The position numbers and the translations under genes are program-made. A stretch of 64,000 nt of DNA, from assembly GCA_030390025.1 (NCBI GenBank), contig CM059438.1, forward strand, positions 65,040,001-65,104,000, written 5' to 3'. Position 1 is the first letter of the stretch, and each line of letters begins with the position of its first letter. Below the pieces are notes generated by a model that was given only the letters and a program-made list of their open reading frames with translations, searched no databases and was not told the DNA's origin. Shown in pieces: positions 1 to 10,511 of this stretch. This stretch comes from Squalus acanthias. Its lineage: Eukaryota.

Positions 1-1712
1 TTGACTCATTGGAGCTTTGCCCGGCAATTGGGGCTGCGGGATGCTTGCGATGATGTGCTTCTTCATCCCAGAAGCCATCTTCTCTGTCATTCCTTAGAAG
101 CGGTCTCTTATCAGGCGTTCACGGACGGCCCTTGCAGAGGCAACATTGTGCGCCTCCCTCCCACATTGGTGCTGCTGATCCTCCTCCTCCTCTTCTTCTC
201 CCTCTTACTCCTCCTGAGGTGGTGCACCAATCCCTGGTGGCAATGACTGGGACCTCAGAATGGCGAGGTTGTGCAGCATGCAGCACACAACAATGAAAAC
301 TGATACTCGATTGGAGGAGTACTGCAGGGCTCCTCCAGAGTGGTCAAGACACCGGAACCGTTGCTTCAGCACGCCGATGGTCTGCTCAATGAGGTTCCTG
401 GTGGCGCTATGGATCTCATTGTATTGGAGCTCAGCAGGAGTGCTGGGATTATGGAGCGGTGTCATCAGCCAGGTGCAGAGTGGATAACCCTTGTCCCCAA
501 GGAGCCAGCCACGAGGTTGCCGCGGTGGTTGGAAGAGGTCTGGGACACCAGTCTGGAGCAGGATAAAAGCATTGTGGCTGCTGCCAGGATAGCAGGCATT
601 GACGGCAAGGATGCCACACACCAACTGAACATTCAGAGAGTGGAAGCCCTTGCTGTTTCGGAACACCTCTGCATTTTCATGAGGTGCCCGCAATGCCACA
701 TGCGTGCAGTCAATGGTGCCCTGAACCATGGGGAAGCCCGCTATCCTAGTGAAGCCACATGTGCGTTCACGCTGTTTGTCCCGGGTCATGGGGAAAGAGA
801 TGTACTGCCTTCACCTTTTGTACAGAGCATTTGTCACCTCCCGGATACAGCAATGGACAGCGAACTGGAAGATATTCGCTATGCCCCCAGTTGAAGCCTG
901 GAAGGAGCCGCTGGCATAGAAATTCAGAGCCACCGTCACCTTCACTGCCACCGACAGAGACGTCCTGGTCCTGAGCTGAGGCTGCAGATCTGGTTGCAGG
1001 AGGTGGCAGAGCTCAGTGACCACCTCCTTGCTGAAGCGCAGCCTTCTGAAACACTGCTCCTCAGACAAATGAATGTATGAGAATTGCTCCCGGAATACCC
1101 TGGGAGGGTAAGGTCTCCTGTGCAGAGGCCTGTTGGCCCTCCTCCCTCTGGCCACGTTTTCCACTCTCTCTCTGCGACTCTGCTGCCTCTGAAGGTGAAG
1201 CTGGAGGATGACGCCCCGAGTTAGTACAGCCCCCATAAAATCTTCTAAATGTGCTAAATATGAAGCTCAGAGAAATAGGAACCTCAAAAGCAATGCTGAA
1301 GACCAAAACTCCTTAGGACAGTGTTAACTCTCTAGACGTCTCTCTCCCTCTCAACCTGCGTTTGCCAAAAATTTTGCCGACAAGAAAAAGCAGGAAGTGC
1401 ACGCCTTTAAATAGTGCTCCCCCAGCCCCTTCCTGACTTCAAAACGTCCCCCTCTACCTGTCATTCCTAGTGGCAGGCGCTAAGGCAGGGGGCGCGATTC
1501 AATTTCCGGTCCGGGGCGTTGCACGCTTGCATGACGTCACGATCTGCGGGCGCAGGAGATCATGGCGGTAGTGCTTAGCGCCACCGCAAAACGACAGGTT
1601 AATTTCACGAGCGGCGCTAAAATCGCCACGCTCAGGTGCTAAGTTGCTAGCGCTCCGTTAGCGCTCCCCTGAGGCGCTAACGGAAGGCGCTCACCAACCA
1701 AATTTTTCCCCC
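1..1712 (-). mobile_element. PIF/Harbinger DNA transposon, copy 1 (left part outside window, defective)
   Basis: Ends in AATTTTTCCCCC (1701-1712), identical to the right TIR of the 2253-6522 element, followed by CTA. The subterminal region and transposase are collinear with 4780-6522. Confidence 0.93.
94..1236 (-). pseudogene. Harbinger DDE transposase pseudogene (HARBI1-like/DDE_Tnp_4)
   Basis: ORFs 811..1236 and 205..789 are in one frame, split by an in-frame TGA (811-813). There is a second premature TAA at 205-207 and an in-frame deletion (VCGIL vs VCDHRQLIL in copy 2). The ancestral stop is at 94-96. GTIDCTHV, GDKGY and IE motifs are present. Confidence 0.92.
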
Positions 1713-2610
1713 CTAGTCTCCTGCTCACTGGGACTGTGATGGCTGGGCTATTCCACTCCCATTAGAAGCATATATCCCGCTGGATGTCGACCAAGTATTC
1801 AGAGATCGCAAGTCTTGTCTCCACTCGCTGGCACTGTCTGAACTGTGGCTCAATCCCATAACCTTCCAACTCAGAGGTGGAAATCTTACCACTGAGTAAA
1901 CAAGTAATAGGTGAATTTAAGCGTGGTTTTAGGAAATTCTTCTTTGATCAATTTGTGGAATAAATTCCAGGAAGAGTGGTGGAGGCAAAAACCCTGGAAT
2001 TTTTTAAGAAACAAGATAATGCTGAAATGGGGGACTTTAGGCTCTTTTTAGGATAGGGAATTTAGGTGGGCTGAATCCGTATTTACCATGTGATCACAGC
2101 CAAGCTTGATATTTCCTCATTTAATGTCCACAGACTGTGTTTCTTTTGACTGAGCACAAATTACTCGATAACATTTGAAAGTGGAACATCTGGCTGATAT
2201 TTTGACCGTTAGGAAGACCAATTTTGGGATCCTAATGTGAAGTAGACACCAAGGGGGAAAAATTAGGTCGCGCCCCGTTTGGGGCGCAAATATCGTCTGG
2301 ACGTAAAAATTAGCGCCTGGCGCTAATTATCGCCACTGACTGGAAACTTCACTTTTACCGCCCCGGGAGGTGAGTGGAGCGCTAAATCAGGCGCTGCACA
2401 CCTGTCTTAAGGCACAAAGGCCGAGCAGTGAGGCGCTAACTCAGCGCGCGAGCGCAGCGCAGGTGCTGCCAGTTAGCGAGGGAACACAGACACACTGGCG
2501 CCGGCCAGTTCTTAAAGTGGGGGGGCCAACTTGCTCCCCAGCCACACCCTGCTCATTGCAGCCTTGAATCTCGGCCTGGAGAGACCTGTGAATCCATTTT
2601 GCTGCCAAGG

Positions 2611-4538
2611 ATGGAGAGGGTGAGAGAACGAGCTCAGCGCTTCACCGAGCGGGCCTTGGATGCTCTGGTTGGCGCGGTGGAGCGCAGAAGATCTATACTC
2701 TTCCCTGAGAGTGGCAGGAGGCCTTTGCCACGCGAGTACAGAAGATTGTGGAGGGAGGTGGTTCAGAGCGTCTCCTCCAGGAGCATGGTGCCCAGGACCC
2801 ATGTTCAATGCCGCAAAAAGTTCAACGACCTCACTCGGGTCGTCAGGGTGAGTGGCTTTTTCTCAATACCTCTCCATCCCTCCATCTCAACCTCACTCTA
2901 TGGCCAGAGGGTCTTAAAACCCCAATGCACAACACTCATCCAACACCTATGGCCCTTTCATGAAACACACACACACATTCCACACTTTGCATACAGTAAG
3001 GGCTATTCACCTATGGGAGGCACATCAGGCAAGACCATGGCTGCATACAGTAAGGGCTATTCACCTATGGGAGGCACATCAGGCAAGACCATGGCTGCAT
3101 ACAGTAAGGGCTATTCACCTATGGGAGGCACATCAGGCAAGACCATGGCTGCATACAGTAAGGGCTATTCACCTATGGGAGGCACATCAGGCAAGACCAT
3201 GGCTGTATATTTACTCAGATGCTGTCCTTTTTCTTGCAGGCCAAGCTGGCGCATAATAGGAGACAGCAGCAACGGACAGGTGGAGGGCGGCCTCAGCTGC
3301 AACCCCTCAGCGATCTTGAGAAGCGCGTCCACAGGATTGTGGCAAGCCGGGTGATCGGTCCCGTCGCCACTGGAGACGCCGACCCCGTTCTGGACAGCAA
3401 TGGTAAGGTCATCACCTTTTTGTCCTCTGTCCTTCCACTTGTCCCTCACAACACCAGCCTTTGACACTTTCAATCCAACTTGCTAACTCGCTGCACTTAT
3501 TCCTCCCTTACTGCCACCCTGTCCTCACGCTAAAGCCACTCTTGTACCTCCCTGCTTTCAGATGGTGATTCACCAGCTGAGGAGACGGGCCCTGAAGCTG
3601 CCAGTGGGAGTGAAGCTGCAGCCGAGGAGGAAGAGGAAGCCGGAGCATCAGTGCCACCCTCTCCCGAGGAAGCCCATGCCCACACTGGGAACACGCCTTC
3701 CCTGGAGGGGAGCAGGGGGGAAGGGTCTGATGAGGGTGAAGCTCCAGGACCCAGCGGGCTGCAGCAATGCCATGGGGGTAGGGAAGAACGGGGGCCTTCT
3801 CCCCAGAGGGAGAGTATGCCAGCGACTCCTACTGCAATGGACGCAGAGGAGGAGCGGCTGATCGCAGAAATGAACACCCAGGCGGTGGGCATGCACACTG
3901 AGCTCATGGGTGCAGTGGGAAGGGTGCCCGAATGCATTGAGTCACTGGCAAGGAGTGTGGAGCACTTCGCTGTAGCACAGGCGGATGCCACACTAAAGCT
4001 TAGTGCTGCAATTCATTCACTGACTGCCGTGATCCCATTTCTGACTGCGCTCATGCAGACTCAGATTGAGGCCACGCGAGCACTGACTGCTGCCAACCTC
4101 GATGGTTCGTTCACATGTCCCCGGGGCTCTCACCGCGCCGCAGCAGGCCAGCAATCTGTGCTCCAGCAGATTGCTCCGGATGCTGAAGTGCTGCCCCGTG
4201 GGAGTGCCAGTGTGTCGGTCGAGCAGGGAGTTGCTGTCCTCTCTCACGATGACAGCATTCCTGCTGCCAACACTGTCACTTCTCCACTGCACTTGCCACC
4301 GCCTGTAGGACAGACTGCTGCCGCCCATGCAGAGTTGGTGCAGTCTGCAGCCGGGCCCTCCAGGCCCAGAACTGGTCGAGGCCGTCCTTCAGGGGCATCT
4401 GCAGTGTCAGGGTCTGACAATCAGCAGCCTTCCACCAGCCTTGCTGCAGCCACTGAGGTCCCATTACGGAGGAGCAGTAGGGTTAGAAGGGGGGAAGTGC
4501 ACAAGGGAAGGAGATCACCCTCGAAGGGCAAAAAGTAG
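2611..4538 (+). CDS. Harbinger Myb/SANT-like (trihelix, NAIF1-like) DNA-binding protein; predicted exons 2611-2847, 3240-3402, 3562-4538 (458 aa)
   Basis: Exon 1 reads RFTERALDALV...WREV...RTHVQCRKKFNDL. Splice sites: AGG/GTGAGT, TTGCAG/GCC, G/GTAAGG, TTTCAG/AT. The spliced frame is open (1377 nt). Exon 2 carries the typical RTGGG motif, and the C-terminus is basic and NLS-like. Confidence 0.88.
2989..3204 (+). repeat. 54-bp tandem repeat x4 in intron 1 of the Myb-like gene
   Basis: GCATACAGTAAGGGCTATTCACCTATGGGAGGCACATCAGGCAAGACCATGGCT occurs four times without visible mismatch. Confidence 0.97.
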
Positions 4539-4559
4539 GAGGTGTGACAAAATGCTGGT

Positions 4560-4735
4560 CATTTTTTTATTAAAGGCCAAGGTTCGTAGTCCAACTTTTG
4601 TCTAGTGTTTTGGACATTATCTCCAGGTTGTGAGAACCAGTTATGTTAATGACTGTTTTTTTGTGTTTATTTCTATGAGTTTGTCATGAGGAAATGACAC
4701 ACACAGAGTTTATAAAATAAATAAGTTTTTGTATT
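4560..4735. terminator. Shared AT-rich 3' region with candidate poly(A) signals for both convergent genes
   Basis: ATTAAA near 4569 and AATAAA near 4716 on +; TTTATT (AATAAA on -) near 4566 and 4666. Confidence 0.55.
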
Positions 4736-4850
4736 CAAAATATACATGTTTGGTGTTTGGAATCATTGGTGCCTTGGCCGGCTTAGGGGTTGCGTGCTGG
4801 GTTCATTGATGTTGTTAGCAATGGCAGAAGCCATTTCCACAGCAGGGGCA

Positions 4851-6011
4851 CTAGAAGCGGCTTGCTATCAGCCGTTGACGGACGGCCCTTGCAGTTTCAC
4901 CATTGTGGGCCGCCCTCCCGCCTTGGTGCTGCTGATGATCATCCTCCTCGTCCTCTTCCTCCTCTTCCTCCTCCTCCTCTGGTGGTGCTCCAAGGCCTGG
5001 TGGCATTGGCTGGGTCCTGACGATTGCCATGTTATGCAACATGCAGCACACAACTACGAAGTTGGATACTCGCTCAGGCGAGTACTGCAGGGCTCCTCCA
5101 GAATGGTCGAGACAGCGGAACCGTTGCTTCAGCACGCCGATTGTGCGCTCAATGATGTTCCTGGTAGCTTGATGGCTCTCATTGTACCGCAGCTCAGCAG
5201 GGGTGTTGGGCGTACGGAGCGGTGTCATCAGCCAGGTGCTCAATGGATACCCCTTGTCCCCGAGAAGCCAACCAACTAGCTGATGCGATGCCTCGAAAAG
5301 TTCTGCCACAGTAGTCTGGCGCAGGATGAAAGCATCGTGGCAGCTGCCAGGATAGTGGGCATTGACAGCGAGTATCAGCTGTCTGTGGTCACAGACCAAC
5401 TGAACATTCAAGGAATGGAACCCCTTTCTGTTCCGGAATTCCTCGGCATTCTCATGTGGAGCACGCAAAGCCACATGCGTGCAGTCAATGGCGCCCTGCA
5501 CCATGGGGAAGCCCGCTATCCTCGCAAAGCCCAGAGCGCGGTCACGCTGCTTGTCTGGGGTCATGGGGAAAGAGATGAACTCTCGTCTCCTTTTAAAGAG
5601 GGCATTTGTAACCTGCCGGATGCAGCAATGCACCGCGAACTGGGAGATATTGGCGAGGTCCCCAGCAGCAGCTTGAAATGAGCCAGTAGCATAGAAGTTG
5701 AGAGCCACTGTGACCTTCACTGCCACCGACAGAGACGTCCTGGACCTCAGTTGAGTCTGCAGATCTGGCTGCAGCAGGTGGCAGAGCTCAGTGACCACCT
5801 CCTTGCTGAATCGCAGCCTTCGCAAACACAGCTCCTCAGACATTTGAATGTAGGAGAGCTGTTCACGATATACCCTGGGAGGGTAAGCTCTCCTGTACAT
5901 ACGCCTGTTGGCCCTCCTCCGTCTGGCCATCATTGCCACTCTCTCTCTGCGTCTCTGTGTCCTCTGATTCAGCTGGAGCAGGACGACGCCCCCATTCAGT
6001 GCAGCCCCCAT
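4851..6011 (-). CDS. Intact Harbinger DDE transposase (386 aa from ATG at 6011)
   Basis: Uninterrupted ORF with LRFSKE, HTH region (VALNFYATGSFQ...ISQFAVH), catalytic GAIDCTHV / GDKGY / IERTIGVLKQRFRCL, VVCCMLHN and an acidic tail. The ATG aligns with the start in copy 1. Confidence 0.95.
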   Translation of the reverse strand: MGAALNGGVVLLQLNQRTQRRRERVAMMARRRRANRRMYRRAYPPRVYREQLSYIQMSEELCLRRLRFSKEVVTELCHLLQPDLQTQLRSRTSLSVAVKVTVALNFYATGSFQAAAGDLANISQFAVHCCIRQVTNALFKRRREFISFPMTPDKQRDRALGFARIAGFPMVQGAIDCTHVALRAPHENAEEFRNRKGFHSLNVQLVCDHRQLILAVNAHYPGSCHDAFILRQTTVAELFEASHQLVGWLLGDKGYPLSTWLMTPLRTPNTPAELRYNESHQATRNIIERTIGVLKQRFRCLDHSGGALQYSPERVSNFVVVCCMLHNMAIVRTQPMPPGLGAPPEEEEEEEEEDEEDDHQQHQGGRAAHNGETARAVRQRLIASRF

Positions 6012-6189
6012 AGTCTCTTTGCAAGCAAAGTTATGAAGGACAGCAACCAAAGTACCAGCGAAGTTAGGATCAGTAGGCAAAACTACCTCACAAAGCGTTG
6101 ACTCAATGCAGAAGTCTCTCTTTCTCTCTCTCCGAATCTCTCTCTCTCTCTCAAAACGAGTGGTGCAAAAATGTCAACCACAGAAAAAG

Positions 6190-6360
6190 ACAGGAAGAGG
6201 CCCCCTTTAAATAGCGTACCCCCCAGCCCCACAGCAATTGATAGCGTTCCAGTCTTCCGGTCGTTGGATGCGCCAGGCGGTAAGGCAGGGGGCGCCACTC
6301 AATTTCCGCTCCGGGGCGCCACAAGGGCGTTGCACCATGGAATGACATCACAATCTGCGC
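6190..6360 (-). promoter_or_regulatory. Putative transposase promoter
   Basis: TATTTAAAG TATA-like box on - near 6205-6213, conserved at 1406-1413 in copy 1. CRE-like TGACATCA here; perfect TGACGTCA at 1532-1539 in copy 1. Confidence 0.45.
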
Positions 6361-6974
6361 GCGCAGGTGGTCGAGGCGGTAAAGTTTAGCGCCGCCGCAC
6401 AATGTCTAGTTAAGTTCCCGAGCGGTGCAAACATCGCTGCTCCCGGGCGCTAGCGGCTTTGCGCCCCATTAGCGCCCTCTTAAGGCGCTAACGGGAGGCG
6501 CAACCAACTGAATTTTTCCCCCCAAGTTACTTCAGCTATTGTTTCAGGAGTGCACAATGAAAAAACAGAGCCCAGTATCTAACTTAAATAAATCAATTAG
6601 ATAACGTTAATATTGTAATTTTGCAGACTGATCCAATTTTGGTTTTAACCTCACAATAGATACATTTTGACTTTCAATCCAACCATCTCATGTTCATTGA
6701 ACAACTCAGTATGCTTTCTTTTGGTGAGAGGGTGCTTTCTTTGTGCTCAAAATGAGAGTCATCAATCATGGGGGCAGTGAATTTTTTGTGTACTTAATGA
6801 GTAGCTTCTAATACATTTGGAACTGGGTTGAGACTGCCCAAACTAATCTTGCTTACATCCATTGCAGGAGAAGACATTCATCCCAGAGCCATGAGATGAA
6901 GAGACAGTTTCAAACTCTGTGCCATCCAGTTCTGCTAAACCCCCACCCACCACAAAAAAACTTCTTTAAAACTT

Positions 6975-7160
6975 AATAAAAAGAAAACGACATCTGCTGG
7001 AAATCTGAAAGAGAAAATGGTGGAAACACTTCGCAGGTCACTCAGCATCTGCGGAGAGAATCGATGAGTTAACAGAACACCTGTTAACATTTACTCATCT
7101 ATTCCCTCCGCAGATGCTGAGTGAGCTGCAGACTAGTTCCACCACTTTCTGTCTCTGTTC
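6975..7160. repeat. Fold-back (head-to-head) relic of Penelope-type terminal repeat
   Basis: TGGTGGAA...CTCAGCATCTGCGGAG...GTTAACAG, then a short loop, then CTGTTAAC...CTCCGCAGATGCTGAG...TTCCACCA. Homologous to 9154-9260. Confidence 0.75.
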
Positions 7161-8814
7161 TATTGAAACGTGTTCGGCTGCTCGTTCATTAGCACAGAAT
7201 TTGTTTTGAATATTGAAACTGCACTGTGTTTTATCATTAGGTTTCCCAGGGACATATTCTTTCTCATGGGGTTCGTCACTGAATGCCTTGAAGGGACTCT
7301 TTTTATTATACGAGCTGATTTATTGCGATGGTGTATCATATTAACAAAACCTTCAGGCAATCGATTTATACTTGGAAGACAGAACATCAAAATGTCAAAA
7401 CGCCAACCTATGTTGGACAGTAAAAAAAAATACCAAAACGTCTTCGGTTAAGACAGCTTCTGTTTTTAGTTACTCTCCAAATAGTCGACAGCAAGAGAGA
7501 CTGTGTCACATCGATTAACAATTTGGACTTTCCCCTCCCCTTTAATACCTCATGCGACGTGCAGTATAAGAGACAATGAATATGCCATCTAAGGCACAGG
7601 ATATCATCTGTCGAGATTTCATTCTGACCATGGTGAACAATTCTGCTGGAGGTAGCCATTTCAGGGGCCATCAGTTTTTTCTGGTTCTTTTTCGTGTGGC
7701 TAATCTGTAGGTATCATTGCTTATTAGTCAGAAATGGCTGGCATTTTTTTTCTTTCCCCTAAGCCCAAACACTGGGAAGCCTTTAAAAAAAAGACCTTTA
7801 CAAATTTAGCAGTGGGACCAACGCCTGTGCAGATTGGGTGTAGTCTGCCCCACTGCTAAACTGGCATACTTTGTGGGTGCATATCGGGCGCAGTTGATAC
7901 CAGTTTCTACCCCATAAACTTTAGTTAAATTTAGTTTGTTGATGCGGGGAGCAGAAGGCATGGTAGATGAGTCATTTAATTGAACAGTCGAGAGTTTCGA
8001 ATTAAAGTCATGCTCATTTTTCAATAATGTATGAGCAGTTCACAAAGGTTGATGAGCCATGTAAAGTGCTCAGCTACTTACTTGTTGAAATGTATTTCTT
8101 CTGCCATTTCATCCTATTATCGCCTCCCCCCCCCTCCCACACTTCCATTCGGCAAAGGTCTGTTTGGTGCCCTTGTAAGTTATATATTATTTATACAGTC
8201 TGTCAATGGTTGATTAGTATGGGCAGAATCTGTTCACATTCGCATGCAACAGATTCTCCTGAAGGCAGTTTCTCCAGTCAGTCTGCTTCCCTTTTCCCTT
8301 ATCGCTGTCTCCGTGATCAGCCTTGCTTGAGTTTTGCAATCAGCTGTTGAGGAAAGGCGGCCTGGGCTCCCCGAGCACGAGTCTGTCGTTACCTTCTAAC
8401 CTTCAGCGTATGTTTCAGCTTCAATTCTCCATGCTGTTCATGGATCGATATTACAGTTCAACTTAAAGAAATCATCTTTTCCAAGATTAAACCTCAGAAG
8501 TGCTCGAATCGACGTGATTGCAGAATGGGAAAGCACAACGTCATCCCCCTGTATGAGTTTCTGTAAGAATCAAGCTTTGTAAAACATATTTTCTAATTCG
8601 CTCTAATTTAATTGGTTTGCCCAGAGACCTTTAATTCTGTAATGGGTTTTTTAACCTTTTATGAGCTAATCAGACTTATCTGCGCTCCAGGGCTGAGAAG
8701 GATGATATTTACATATGCAACCGGCTGGGCCAATGGTAATGGAATCAGTGACGTGGAGTCATGGGTGTAAATTGGTTGGTGATGGCTTATTTCCATGTTT
8801 AATCTTTTTTTTAA

Positions 8815-9150
8815 TCAAGTAAATTTTCTCCCTTCTCCCGAAGGTTCTGACTGACTCAGAAGGCCCAGTTTGACGAACACCAGAATTTGGCCCAAGTGTC
8901 TGTATGAACCTAGGGAAGGAGTGTCAGTGGGCCATTCACTGGCCAATCCTGTTCTACCCTACGAGACCCATCCATTTTGCAATCCAGTCTTTGCATCACG
9001 CTGGCTCATTTTCCCTGCCCACAAACTAGTCCAGAGTTGCTGAGACCAATTGGAACACACTGTTACTTTGGCTGAGCACAGCACAAGCCAAGGATTGTAC
9101 CTGGGACCTTTTGGTGTGTACAGTTTAGTGCTGCAGCGATTGGTGCCTTT
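8815..9150 (-). mobile_element. Old tRNA-type SINE relic
   Basis: The minus strand has a degenerate tRNA-like head followed by TGTGCTG...CTCAGC, similar to 45415-45690. Confidence 0.4.
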
Positions 9151-9153
9151 ATC

Positions 9154-9560
9154 TACAATAGCAAAATACTGCGGACGCCGGAAAACTGAAATAACAACAG
9201 AAAGCGCTGGAAAAACTCAGCAGGCCAGGCAACATCCATGGTGAGAGAAACAGAGTTAACGTTTCAGGTCGAAGACCCTTCGTCAGAACTGCGAAAAAAG
9301 CAGGAAATGAAACAGATGAAAAACCAAGTTTGGAGGCTGGGGCAGGGAATAAAAGAACAAAAGGGAAGGGAAGTGAGAAGTAAAGAGACATTAAGAGATA
9401 CTCAAGGCGAGACGAGATGGTAATAGGACAGGTTAAGAAACAAAAGATGGCTCTAGAAGTGTGGAATGCGCTGGCAGAATGAAAGACAGCTGCCATGTGG
9501 GAGAGAGAGAAAAAAAGGGAAAAGGCACAAACCAAAAGTGTGGATAAAAAAAAATATATA
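9154..9560 (-). mobile_element. Penelope-like element terminal fragment with hammerhead motif
   Basis: Dispersed repeat GCAAAATACTGCGGA...GAGAGAAACAGAGTTAACGTTTCAGGTC..., followed by a purine-rich tract. Other copies at 51233, 62612, 6975 and 46720. Confidence 0.7.
9254..9290 (-). ncRNA. Minimal type-I hammerhead ribozyme motif
   Basis: Minus strand reads AGTT-CTGACGA-AGGGTC TTC GACCT-GAAAC-GTT-AACT: stem I AGTT/AACT, CUGANGA core, stem II, GAAA, and palindromic ACGT stem III. Confidence 0.7.
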
Positions 9561-10029
9561 TATGTATGTGATAGGGGCCGAGGTTATATATAAAGTGCCT
9601 TTATCTACCTGGCCACTAGGGGGAGCTGCATGTTTAAACTACAAAACATGAACACCCATACATGACAACAACCATATGTTGGAAAGGAACTGAAAATGTT
9701 AATTATTCATAGTTTTGTATTTCATTTCCATTAAGAATGCTTTTTCACTGAGTTATTATTGAAAAGAGGTCGGGTTTTATGGAAGAAAGCTAGAAATGAC
9801 AGCAGGTAGCCTACAGCTAATGCAGTTTATATCCAGCATACCTGTGAGTTGTCTCTTGGTTCCTGTAGGACTCATTGCAGACTAACTGGAAATATTTACC
9901 GGCATTCTTTAAGACGGTGGATATTTTTCTTGGAAAAGAATACGAATCCTCAGTTCTGGATCTGTAGGCGAAATATCGATTTTAAATCAGTAGGACCTGT
10001 GGAAAATGATGGAGACTTCTCTTCATTAT

Positions 10030-10299
10030 AGGGTTAGGTTGATTTGGCTATGATAAATTGACCCTTAGTGTTAGGGGGGGATTAAATATGTGGGGTTATG
10101 GGGATAGGATGGGATATGTTAGGGGGAATTAAATACGTGGGGTTATGGGGGTAGGGTGGGATATGTGTACTGTGGGGAATAAAGCAGGGACAGGGTACTG
10201 GATTTGATGATCAGCCATGATCGTATTGAATGGTGGAGCAGGCTCGACGGGCCAAATGGCCTACTCCTGCTCCTAGATTCTATGTTTCTATGTTTCTAT
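10030..10299 (+). mobile_element. CR1-type 3' tail (possibly an HE1-like SINE end) with internal duplication
   Basis: GATCAGCCATGATC...GGCCTACTCCTGCTCCT followed by a (TATGTTTC)n tail. Confidence 0.7.
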
Positions 10300-10511
10300 A
10301 GTAGCTCCTTCTCGCTCTCGAAGGTGTTCCAACATTTATGTAGCTGATTGGAAGAGTTCATGGTGAAATATGTGGCTCTCTTGAAAAATACCTCATGACG
10401 CACCTATGAGGATGTGTATGTTTTAGCAGCTTCAGGTCCTGGGTAAGAATTCCCTCAATCATCTTACCAACATTACTGCTGAATTTATATTACAGTGCTG
10501 GCTGCAACATT

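Larger units (their letters stand above)
2253..6522. mobile_element. Full-length, apparently autonomous PIF/Harbinger DNA transposon (4270 bp)
   Basis: Perfect 12-bp TIRs GGGGGAAAAATT (2253-2264) / AATTTTTCCCCC (6511-6522). 3-bp TSD CAA (2250-2252, 6523-6525). Two convergent genes (Myb-like and transposase). Confidence 0.96.

Noticed and set aside
4851..6080. Domesticated host gene HARBI1 (and NAIF1 for the Myb-like gene)
   Set aside because: Both genes lie within TIRs and a TSD, with a paralogous dead copy next door. This is a transposon, so no gene symbol is assigned.
260..6402. Antisense and overlapping ORFs over the transposase and Myb genes (e.g. 340..894, 4746..5279, 3530..3991)
   Set aside because: Shadow frames of GC-rich coding sequence, with no recognisable domains.
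2237..6534. Palindrome TGAAGTA...TACTTCA across the empty insertion site
   Set aside because: Not centred on the TSD (5 versus 2 nt spacing) and seen only once; likely chance.
7160..8600. Possible host exons in unique sequence
   Set aside because: The frames I translated next to AG/GT sites gave no recognisable protein. I cannot exclude UTR or divergent exons without BLAST or RNA-seq.
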